A DNA stretch of 21,468 nucleotides from Methanobacterium sp. (GCA_003166335.1 PMWA01000099.1:5632-27099); one strand, 5' to 3'. Positions 11,227-19,381 are shown, counted from the first letter of the stretch. Numbers and translations are program-made. Notes: a model not told the origin generated them from the sequence alone.

Positions 11227-11324
11227 TAATCTAAAAAATTTTTTTTTGAAATTTGAAATATAAACTAAATTATTATAAATTAAGATTAATAACAATATAT
11301 AAGAAAATGCGGGGGTGTAATAAA

Positions 11325-11918
11325 TTGGCAGATAAACCATCAAACTCAGATGAAAATAAAAAAAATAAACAATCTGACGATAAAACATTTATAAAAACAC
11401 GTCAAGTAGTAGGATCTATTATTATACTTCTAGGTTTAGTAATTAGTGCTTTAATTGTAAAGTTTACTCCAATCATTGGTTTAAACTCTACTTCTGTAAA
11501 CTCTACCACTGCAAACATAGCTACTGCCAGTGCAGCTTTAAACTCCACTATCACTGCAAATGCAGCTTTAAACACGAACGCTGCTTTAACATCTTTAGGA
11601 CTTGTTGGACTTGTAACCTTCATATTTGTGCTTTTTGGAACATATCTAGTTACTGATAAATGGGATTTTAAATGTGGCGAATTTAGAACTGCAATAACCA
11701 TTTCAGTAATAGCAGTATTTTTCGGGACACTAGCATTTGGTAATAGAATATTTATAGCTCCAAGCACTGTTTTAAGTCAAGTATTAAGCAACTTTTGGTG
11801 GATAGTTGTCACAGTAATAGGTTTCTATTTCGGTTCAAGAGTAATAGATAATAAAACAAACAAAACCGATTCTACCAACAATACTTCAAGTAACGAAGAT
11901 GATAGAGGAAGTGAATAG
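11325..11918 (+). CDS. hypothetical multi-pass membrane protein (about 4 TM helices)
   Basis: Four hydrophobic segments. Start reassigned from 11253 to the in-frame TTG at 11325, which follows a GGGGGTG SD at 11311-11317. Confidence 0.75.
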   Translation: MADKPSNSDENKKNKQSDDKTFIKTRQVVGSIIILLGLVISALIVKFTPIIGLNSTSVNSTTANIATASAALNSTITANAALNTNAALTSLGLVGLVTFIFVLFGTYLVTDKWDFKCGEFRTAITISVIAVFFGTLAFGNRIFIAPSTVLSQVLSNFWWIVVTVIGFYFGSRVIDNKTNKTDSTNNTSSNEDDRGSE

Positions 11919-11983
11919 AAGAAAAGGAGAATTAAACTTATGAATTGATCGTTTTTACAGAATCCAACAATTAAGTATTGTTT

Positions 11984-12430
11984 TTATGATTTTTGATAAA
12001 AGTTTAGCCAGAATTGTTCTATTAATTTGACTGAATTTTGATATTCTTCTATTGTATTTGGTTTACGAATCAATAGATTAGGACAGTTTTTTACTTTAAT
12101 CTCTTCCACTTCTTCTTCTAAATAAATTAGAATAACGGTAGGTATGCATTTTATATCTGCTCTTTCGGCAATGTGATCTAAAATTCCCGATCTAACCTCC
12201 GTCCTGTAACTGTCAAGATCAGTTATTATAATATTTGGTACGAGAGTTTCACCATATTCACCTCTTTGGAATATCATTTTTAATGCTACATCTGCATTCC
12301 CAGCAAAACGAATATCATTGAGAATCTTAGATTCTTTAAACGCTTCAATAAATCCCTTCAAATTCTCAGGATCTTTTCCGACGAAAAGTAAATGTACTGT
12401 CTTTTCGTTTTTTTTATCATTAAGTTGCAT
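11984..12430 (-). CDS. stand-alone receiver-domain protein (Rcp1-like, degenerate)
   Basis: PNIIITDL, IPTVIL, IRKP and a C-terminal IEQFW pattern typical of Rcp1-type single-domain response regulators. Confidence 0.7.
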   Translation of the reverse strand: MQLNDKKNEKTVHLLFVGKDPENLKGFIEAFKESKILNDIRFAGNADVALKMIFQRGEYGETLVPNIIITDLDSYRTEVRSGILDHIAERADIKCIPTVILIYLEEEVEEIKVKNCPNLLIRKPNTIEEYQNSVKLIEQFWLNFYQKS

Positions 12431-12526
12431 AATTAATATTTAGCATTGAAAAAATAAATATTTAACTGAATATAATAAGATTTTTTTTTAAATATATAAT
12501 AATAATATAAAATATTACTAAATAAA

Positions 12527-12700
12527 ATGGAAGAAAAGGATAAAAGAAAAGTTAGACAGTCCTGTGAAAAGGTATGCTTAATTTGTTTAAATAATGAAGG
12601 ATACGTCCTTTTCATACAAGACACCCAGATCTTGAGGATCTTTCTCCTTGAGATATCTTTAATAATCAAATTTGGATACGAGAAACTAAAGGGGGAATAA
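12527..12700 (+). CDS. small ORF (57 aa) with a CxxxCxxC motif, or a gene remnant
   Basis: Hand translation MEEKDKRKVRQSCEKVCLICLNNEGYVLFIQDTQILRIFLLEISLIIKFGYEKLKGE. The stop lies 2 nt before the methyltransferase ATG; no clear SD. Confidence 0.3.
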   Translation: MEEKDKRKVRQSCEKVCLICLNNEGYVLFIQDTQILRIFLLEISLIIKFGYEKLKGE

Positions 12701-12702
12701 TA

Positions 12703-13350
12703 ATGAATACAATTCTTGATCAGGAAAAATATTGGGATAAAGTTTCAGAGGAAAAAGAATTTCCAACACCTTTTCAAATTCAGGAATTTGAAAAATATGT
12801 TTCCAAAGATATGAACATTCTAGATATTGGCTGTGGTTATGGAAGAACATTAAATGAACTGCATAATCAAGGTTTTAAGAATTTAACGGGCATAGATTAC
12901 TCACAAGGCATGATTAATAAGGGATTAAGGTTGAATCCTTATTTAAATCTCATAAAAAATGATGGATATACAATTCCATTCCCCGATAGCAAATTTGATG
13001 CAGTACTTCTTATTTCAGTATTGACATCAAATATTAAGGATGAAGAACAGGAAAGATTAATGTCAGAGATCTCAAGAGTATTAAAAGATAATGGAATTTT
13101 ATACATCACTGATTATCTGATTAACAATAACAAGAGAAATCTTGAACGATACAAAAAATATACAGATAAATATGGAATATACGGTGTTTTCAAACTTTCT
13201 GAAGGTGTAATTTTGAGACATCATACTGAAAACCACATTATGAAATTAACAAAAGATTTTCAAAAATTAGTATTTGAAAAAACAGTTTATGAAACCATGA
13301 ATGGTAATAAATCAAATGGATTCTATTATATTTTGAAAAATAGTAAATAA
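12703..13350 (+). CDS. class I SAM-dependent methyltransferase
   Basis: Motif I ILDIGCGYGR, GIDYS, PFPDSKFDAV and RVLKDNG; GGGGGA SD. Confidence 0.92.
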   Translation: MNTILDQEKYWDKVSEEKEFPTPFQIQEFEKYVSKDMNILDIGCGYGRTLNELHNQGFKNLTGIDYSQGMINKGLRLNPYLNLIKNDGYTIPFPDSKFDAVLLISVLTSNIKDEEQERLMSEISRVLKDNGILYITDYLINNNKRNLERYKKYTDKYGIYGVFKLSEGVILRHHTENHIMKLTKDFQKLVFEKTVYETMNGNKSNGFYYILKNSK

Positions 13351-13568
13351 CTGAATACTTAATGAAATATAAAGGACTAATTGAAATAGAATTAAACACT
13401 TTTTTCAGGTTTACAGCCAAAACCAGCCGAATTTCTGTATATTAAATAATGAGGCTATTAAAAGAGGGTTTATATTTATTTTTTTTTAACCATCATAAAA
13501 ACTTCCCGTAACTTAATAAATTATTTGGTTTATATTATATATTGATAAGGATCCAGAGGTGATCTTAA

Positions 13569-14750
13569 ATGATTTATAAGATAATTGAAAATGATGTGTA
13601 TTCTGTAGGTGTGAAAGACTGGAATAGAAGAATTTTTGATGAACTTATTCCACTTCCAGATGGAACCAGTTACAATTCATTTCTTGTGAAGGGCAGTAAT
13701 AAAACAGCCCTTATAGATACTGTTGATCCAACTAAAGCTAATGAATTATTGGATAATCTAAAAAAGTTGGATGCTGACATTGATTACCTTATTGTTAACC
13801 ATGCAGAACAGGATCATTCTGGAACCATACCCCAAATACTTGATATTTACAATAATGCCCTTATCATTACCAACTCAAAATGTAAAGACTTATTAATCGA
13901 ATTCCATCTAATTCCCGATGAAAAATTCCTGGTTGTGGGGGATGGTGAAACCTTGGATCTCGGAGGTAAAACATTAGAGTTTATCATAACTCCCTGGGTG
14001 CACTGGCCAGATACAATGGTGACTTATCTACAGGAAGACCAGATACTATTTTCATGCGATTTTTTCGGCTCGCACTTGGCAACCAGTGAATTATTCGCAG
14101 ATGAAGATATTTACAAGTCTGCTAAAAGATATTACGCTGAGATAATGATGCCCTTCAGAACCATCATTCCGAAGAATTTGGAGAAGCTGAAGAACCTGAA
14201 AATTCAGATTATAGCACCTAGCCACGGGCCATTATACAATAATCCTGAATTTATATTGGATGCCTACAAAGATTGGACTTCAGACAACACTAAAAATCAT
14301 GTTATCATACCCTACATATCCATGCACGGTAGCACCCAAAATATGGTAGATTATTTAGTGGATTCTTTAATTGAAAGAGGATTAACAGTTAAACCATTGA
14401 ATTTAACCTATACTGATTTGGGTGAATTAGCTTTAGATCTTGTGGACGCTACAACCATGGTTATTGCTTCACCCACAGTCTTAACAGGCCCACATCCAAG
14501 TGTTGTGTATGCCACTTACCTTGCAAACGCCCTTAGACCTAAGTTAAAATTTGTTTCAGTAATGGGTTCCTATGGATGGGGAGGTAGAATGCTGGATCAA
14601 ATCACTGGGATGATTGGTAGCTTAAGGGTTGAAATGATCACACCATTAATCATAAAAGGCTTTCCCAAGGAAGAAGATTACGTGAAAATAGATGAAATGG
14701 CCGATGAAATCACTGAAAAACATAAACAGCTTGGAATTATTATAAAATAA
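13569..14750 (+). CDS. fprA: flavodiiron protein (FprA/A-type flavoprotein)
   Basis: Diiron ligands NHAEQDH, HWPD, CDFFG and PSHG; flavodoxin motifs SMHGST and GSYGWGG; GAGGTGA SD. Confidence 0.93.
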   Translation: MIYKIIENDVYSVGVKDWNRRIFDELIPLPDGTSYNSFLVKGSNKTALIDTVDPTKANELLDNLKKLDADIDYLIVNHAEQDHSGTIPQILDIYNNALIITNSKCKDLLIEFHLIPDEKFLVVGDGETLDLGGKTLEFIITPWVHWPDTMVTYLQEDQILFSCDFFGSHLATSELFADEDIYKSAKRYYAEIMMPFRTIIPKNLEKLKNLKIQIIAPSHGPLYNNPEFILDAYKDWTSDNTKNHVIIPYISMHGSTQNMVDYLVDSLIERGLTVKPLNLTYTDLGELALDLVDATTMVIASPTVLTGPHPSVVYATYLANALRPKLKFVSVMGSYGWGGRMLDQITGMIGSLRVEMITPLIIKGFPKEEDYVKIDEMADEITEKHKQLGIIIK

Positions 14751-14827
14751 CCCATAATTAACATTAAATTATTAAAAACTAGTAATTTAAAGAAAAATAA
14801 CCTAAAAAAGGTAAGAAATTTTAATGT

Positions 14828-15109
14828 TTAAGGTAAATTATACTTATATTTTATCATATATGTAGGGTAAACCTGTACAAATCCCTTCTCTGAATTCTTT
14901 AAGGTAATTTCTATTTTATGTTCTGAAATCTTAATTTGATCTACTTTAAATCCACCCACCTGTTCACCAATTTCATAACGAATTTCTTCTTTTCTATCTA
15001 CATCTTTAACCAATCTAAACTCACCTGAGGAAAAATCTAAGGCTCCAATCGTAACCCACCTAGGAAATATAACACTACCAAAGCTACTATTCTCATTTTT
15101 ATCCGACAT
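14828..15109 (-). CDS. hypothetical protein (93 aa)
   Basis: ATG-started ORF with protein-like composition and GGGT upstream; no recognised motif. Confidence 0.6.
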   Translation of the reverse strand: MSDKNENSSFGSVIFPRWVTIGALDFSSGEFRLVKDVDRKEEIRYEIGEQVGGFKVDQIKISEHKIEITLKNSEKGFVQVYPTYMIKYKYNLP

Positions 15110-15426
15110 TATTTTTACCCACTACTTCTGTAATATTTGGTTGATAAATTTTTACAAACATCTATTGACTATAATAATAAATTTAAAAAATTTAAATTTA
15201 ACTGAATAAAACATTTCACTCTATTATAATTTTAGATAAAATTAATAATATTTAAAAAAGATATAATGGATGGATGATATTGTTATAACTGCAGCTTTTG
15301 AGTTTAGAAAGTACATATTCTCAATAAATTCTGGTATACTGCGAATGTCTGGATTTAATTTTCAATGCAGCCAAATCTGAACATCTCATTATTATTATTG
15401 TAGCCCCGGGGATAGGCTTATTAACA

Positions 15427-16044
15427 TTATTGCAATTTAAAGCTATTTACAACCATTTCGAATTTAGGTAGTGTGGCGTTATATTCATTAGCTGGGACTA
15501 CACATCCAATTCTATAATATTTGGACCCGGGAACAGCTTCAATGTGTACAGTCAGGGCCATGTATTGTGTATCACCATTACGCCAAGTCTTAATGAGCTC
15601 CACTGCTCTCATCCCATTGACGGTGATGTTTCGCTCTGAAACTTCTGTTTGCCCAATAGCTGCAATATCACTCCTATAATCACTGAGCATCTCATCTAGC
15701 GACCCCACATTTCGTTGTTTTATGTAAAAATAAGTCTCAATATAATCTTCACTGCCATTGCCAATTGGTTCATAATATGCCACGATAGGGTCACCATATC
15801 CCCATCTACTAGGACTATCAAGATTCGATATTTCTTTCCAATCAGCTGGATAGTTAAATGTCAGTCCATTAGCTGCGTAAGTGTTGTTTGGGATATAAGT
15901 AGTGTTATTGTTGGATTTATTAATTTGATTCCCAATTTGAGGGTGATGGATTAATCCTGCATTAACCACTATAATCAAAGAAATAACGATTAAAATTAAG
16001 AGCACAATTATAGAAATATAACTCTTTTTCATCTTTAACCCCAT
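15427..16044 (-). CDS. membrane-anchored PsbP-like (Mog1p/PsbP fold) extracellular protein
   Basis: N-terminal Lys plus hydrophobic anchor, Asn-rich linker, NGLTFNYPADW, RNITVNG and C-terminal FEMVVNSFK. The start may be ATG at 16032. Confidence 0.75.
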   Translation of the reverse strand: MGLKMKKSYISIIVLLILIVISLIIVVNAGLIHHPQIGNQINKSNNNTTYIPNNTYAANGLTFNYPADWKEISNLDSPSRWGYGDPIVAYYEPIGNGSEDYIETYFYIKQRNVGSLDEMLSDYRSDIAAIGQTEVSERNITVNGMRAVELIKTWRNGDTQYMALTVHIEAVPGSKYYRIGCVVPANEYNATLPKFEMVVNSFKLQ

Positions 16045-16127
16045 CTTCAGATTCTACATATAAATTATATGGATACTACCTTCTTTTATGAAATTCTTCA
16101 AGTTCTCTAAATTTAATACATTGGACC

Positions 16128-16220
16128 TTATTTTCGGAGTGCTTCACTGGCTAGGGCAAATATGACGACTAAGTATCCTATGGCTCTGATTATTATTAAG
16201 AAAATAGGGATACTAATCAC
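16128..16220 (-). CDS. possible small membrane peptide (30 aa) or decayed small gene
   Basis: Hand translation from GTG: MISIPIFLIIIRAIGYLVVIFALASEALRK. Confidence 0.25.
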   Translation of the reverse strand: MISIPIFLIIIRAIGYLVVIFALASEALRK

Positions 16221-16480
16221 TTCTTTTTTACTATTTTAACTAATTAACTGTTATGATTGTATCACTTATTAAAATATTAATTAGTGGTCTTTTGTTATTT
16301 TTAAATAGCAAATAATATAGTAAATGTTTAAATAGAGAGAAAAAAAGAATCACAATATAAAAGTCAGGGATGAAGATAGTGCCAATTGCAGGAATACCAT
16401 TTATGGTTTTAGTGGCAGTCCTCTGTTCAATTGGTTCCTAGATTGATGCTTACTACTCAGATATTACAGGAGACAAAAAA

Positions 16481-18010
16481 ATGAACTCTGAGTTTCTAGA
16501 AGACAAAGAAATAATTGTAGCCTCTAACAGAGGACCAGTAGTATTTAAAAGATATGAAAAAGGAAAAATCGAACTAATACGAGGTGCAGGGGGGATAGTC
16601 GGTTCTATGATACCTTTTTTGAAAAAAACACATGGGAAATGGGTTTCTTCTGCAATCGGAGAATGTGATCACTATATGAACAATAAATACCGCTGTAAAG
16701 TGCCTATACCATTAGAAGACCCTGAATATTATGTCCAATTCATCAAAACAGAAGAGGATATTTATAATGGGTTTAATGGTAAATTCGCAAATCCTTTATT
16801 GTGGTTTATTCATCATTCTATGTGGAATCCACCATATTCACCATGTGCAGACGATGAACTGCATCAAGCATGGGATTCATACCAATATGTGAACTCTATG
16901 TTTGCAGCAGCGATAGGGGAAGATGTATGTAAATCAGAGAAGACTCCAATAGTAATGTTACAGGATTATCATCTCTATTTAACACCTAAATTGATAAGAA
17001 AGCAGCATCCAGATGTTCTTATGAGTCAATTCGTCCACATACCATTCCCCCCACCAGAAATATTCCAGCAATTGCCCAATCACATGCAAATCGAGATATT
17101 AGACAGTATGCTGACAAATAATATTTTAGGATTCCATATTCCACGTTATATGAACAATTTTTTTGCAACAATTAAACTTATTCTACCAAACGCTTCGGTG
17201 GATGACATAGTAGGAGACATTCTATATAAAGGACATGTCTGCCATATAAGAACTTATCCCATCAGTGTTGATATGAAAACACTCCAGACACACGCACAAG
17301 ATCCAAATGTCACTGCTAAGGAAGTAGAAGTAGATGAAATGATTGGTGACTGCAAGTTAATCTACAGAACAGACAGAACAGACTTATCTAAGAATATTAT
17401 CAGAGGATTCCAGGCTTATGACATGTTTCTTGAGAAATATCCAGAATGGAGAGAAAAAGTTAAGTTTGTAGCAACTTTAATGCCATCAAGACAAGATATA
17501 AAGATCTACAGAGAATACACCGATAAAATACAAGACATAGTTAAGGAAATCAACGAGAAATATGCTACTCCAGATTGGCAACCAATTAAATACATTTGTA
17601 GGGGAGATTACGACTTAGTAATTGCTCTTTTGAAAAGATATGATGTTTTAATGGTTAATCCTATATTAGATGGAATGAATATCGTAGCCAAAGAAGGGAG
17701 TGTCGTGAACGAAAATAATGGTGTATTAATCCTTTCTACTGGAGCAGGATGTTATGAAGAATTAAAAGATGGCGCAATTTGCATAAATCCTTTTGATTTA
17801 AGGCAGACTGCAGAATCAATCGATGTAGCTTTATTAATGGATGAAACAGTCAAAGCCCAGATGATTGCCAAAACAAATAAAGCTATTCAAATAAATGACC
17901 TGAATAAATGGGTATCCGATCAATTAAAAGACATTGAGGCTGTTATGTACGAAAGACTAAAACTTAAATCTAATGAAAACCCTGAGGAATCTCGATTCGA
18001 AATTAATTGA
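16481..18010 (+). CDS. GT20 trehalose-6-phosphate synthase family protein, paralog A (divergent)
   Basis: SNRGP, GAGG, QDYHL, HIPFP, DRTDLSKN, PSR and DGMNIVAKE motifs; CAGGAG SD. Confidence 0.9.
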   Translation: MNSEFLEDKEIIVASNRGPVVFKRYEKGKIELIRGAGGIVGSMIPFLKKTHGKWVSSAIGECDHYMNNKYRCKVPIPLEDPEYYVQFIKTEEDIYNGFNGKFANPLLWFIHHSMWNPPYSPCADDELHQAWDSYQYVNSMFAAAIGEDVCKSEKTPIVMLQDYHLYLTPKLIRKQHPDVLMSQFVHIPFPPPEIFQQLPNHMQIEILDSMLTNNILGFHIPRYMNNFFATIKLILPNASVDDIVGDILYKGHVCHIRTYPISVDMKTLQTHAQDPNVTAKEVEVDEMIGDCKLIYRTDRTDLSKNIIRGFQAYDMFLEKYPEWREKVKFVATLMPSRQDIKIYREYTDKIQDIVKEINEKYATPDWQPIKYICRGDYDLVIALLKRYDVLMVNPILDGMNIVAKEGSVVNENNGVLILSTGAGCYEELKDGAICINPFDLRQTAESIDVALLMDETVKAQMIAKTNKAIQINDLNKWVSDQLKDIEAVMYERLKLKSNENPEESRFEIN

Positions 18011-18099
18011 ATTAAATGTTTTCTTAAGATAATTTGAATAATCCCTAAATAAGAATACTAATGATTTTTAATTTCTAACAATTGAAAGGATAGTGTTTA

Positions 18100-19230
18100 A
18101 TGTCGATTCAACTTCATGATTCCTTAAAAATAGCAGAAAAAGAGAAGGCTTTGCCAAAAGTTATTGCATACAACAGAATTGATGGTCCAGGATCCAGTTT
18201 AGATTTAAGCGAATTTCAGCAGACATTCTGGAAATTACCAAATATACAAGATAAAGATGATCCTGCAAGAAAATGGACATGTAATCTTCCAAGAACAATA
18301 GGTATAACCATAGATACAGGAACTAAAATTGAGGCCCATCCTTTCAATCCTGATCTTATAGGTGTTAAATCTGTTGAATATAAAACTGAAGTTATTGCTT
18401 CCCCGGGTGAAGTAATTCCAGTTAAAGAAAACTGGTTACTTAAAATAATTGAAATATTTGACATTAAAGGTGTCATATTTGTTTTAAAGAATCTAAGAGG
18501 AGGTATACAATCTTCAGGGCTTGGAGGATCATCAACAGCCACAATTGGCGTGTGTATACTTGCAAATGAATTAGCAGGACGACCATTTAGCAAGATTCAG
18601 TTGATTTCTTTAGCTTCTCGTATTGAACAGGGTTTTGGAGTAAGTATCACTGGAACCCAGGAACAATCCAATGTTATTTTTGGAGGAGTAACTGATTATG
18701 TCTGGTTTCCATGGGGAAAACCTGGATATCCTGGTACAGGTTATGGCGAATCTTTACGATTTGAATTGATACCACCAGAAGATTACGGGCTTTTAGAAGG
18801 GAGAACGGCTATTTTTCATTCTGGACATCCTCGCCTAAGCTCAGAAGTTAATTTAACATGGAGAAACGCTCTCTTAACTGAAGTTGGATATAACTTAAAT
18901 TCTAAAAAAATGAAGGTAGCTTATGAGTTTCGTGAGGGATTAAGACTACAAAAGTGGGATCATGTTCTTGAATCAATAGAAGAATACCGTAAAATACGGA
19001 CAAAACTATGTGAAGGTTATATGGAAAGTTCCAGGGATTTATTGGAACGTGCTAAAAGCTGTAACTGTACAACTTTCCCTTTGGGCGCTGGTGGAGGAGG
19101 TGTAGTCCTTTTATTTTCTCCAAACCCAGAATCTTTAGAAAAATTGCGCGAGGATCTTAAAGGTATTTATAGTGAAATCCCCTTTAAAATACGATCTAAG
19201 GGTCATGAAATTAATAATGTAAAACTATAA
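18100..19230 (+). CDS. GHMP-superfamily sugar kinase (HddA/fucokinase-like)
   Basis: Motif I-like NRIDGPGSSLD, ATP loop SSGLGGSS, GTQEQ and the Gly-rich GAGGGG. Confidence 0.82.
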   Translation: MSIQLHDSLKIAEKEKALPKVIAYNRIDGPGSSLDLSEFQQTFWKLPNIQDKDDPARKWTCNLPRTIGITIDTGTKIEAHPFNPDLIGVKSVEYKTEVIASPGEVIPVKENWLLKIIEIFDIKGVIFVLKNLRGGIQSSGLGGSSTATIGVCILANELAGRPFSKIQLISLASRIEQGFGVSITGTQEQSNVIFGGVTDYVWFPWGKPGYPGTGYGESLRFELIPPEDYGLLEGRTAIFHSGHPRLSSEVNLTWRNALLTEVGYNLNSKKMKVAYEFREGLRLQKWDHVLESIEEYRKIRTKLCEGYMESSRDLLERAKSCNCTTFPLGAGGGGVVLLFSPNPESLEKLREDLKGIYSEIPFKIRSKGHEINNVKL

Positions 19231-19352
19231 AAACACTTCAATTTTGTCCTCTAATGATCAATGCTCCAAAATTTTTTTTAGTTCTCGCTCATATAATAAA
19301 CAGGAGTAGTGGTTTTTCTTCTCAAATTTCTATAAAATTGGTCCAACCAAAT

Positions 19353-19381
19353 GTCAGTTTACTTCTTCACAAACTGATTTT
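19353..19381. terminator. inverted repeat between convergent genes
   Basis: TCAGTTT (19354-19360) pairs with AAACTGA (19371-19377) around a 10-nt loop, followed by T residues. Confidence 0.4.

Noticed and set aside
11253..11324. N-terminal extension of the membrane protein given in the ORF track
   Set aside because: It spans AT-rich promoter-like DNA; the SD supports TTG at 11325.
13351..13470. Short ORF MKYKGLIEIELNTFFRF... after the methyltransferase
   Set aside because: Only 27 codons, with no SD and no recognisable similarity.
16439..16441. Pyrrolysine read-through of the UAG upstream of GT20 paralog A
   Set aside because: There are no pyl genes in the window, Methanobacteriales are not known to use pyrrolysine, and the downstream ATG has its own SD.
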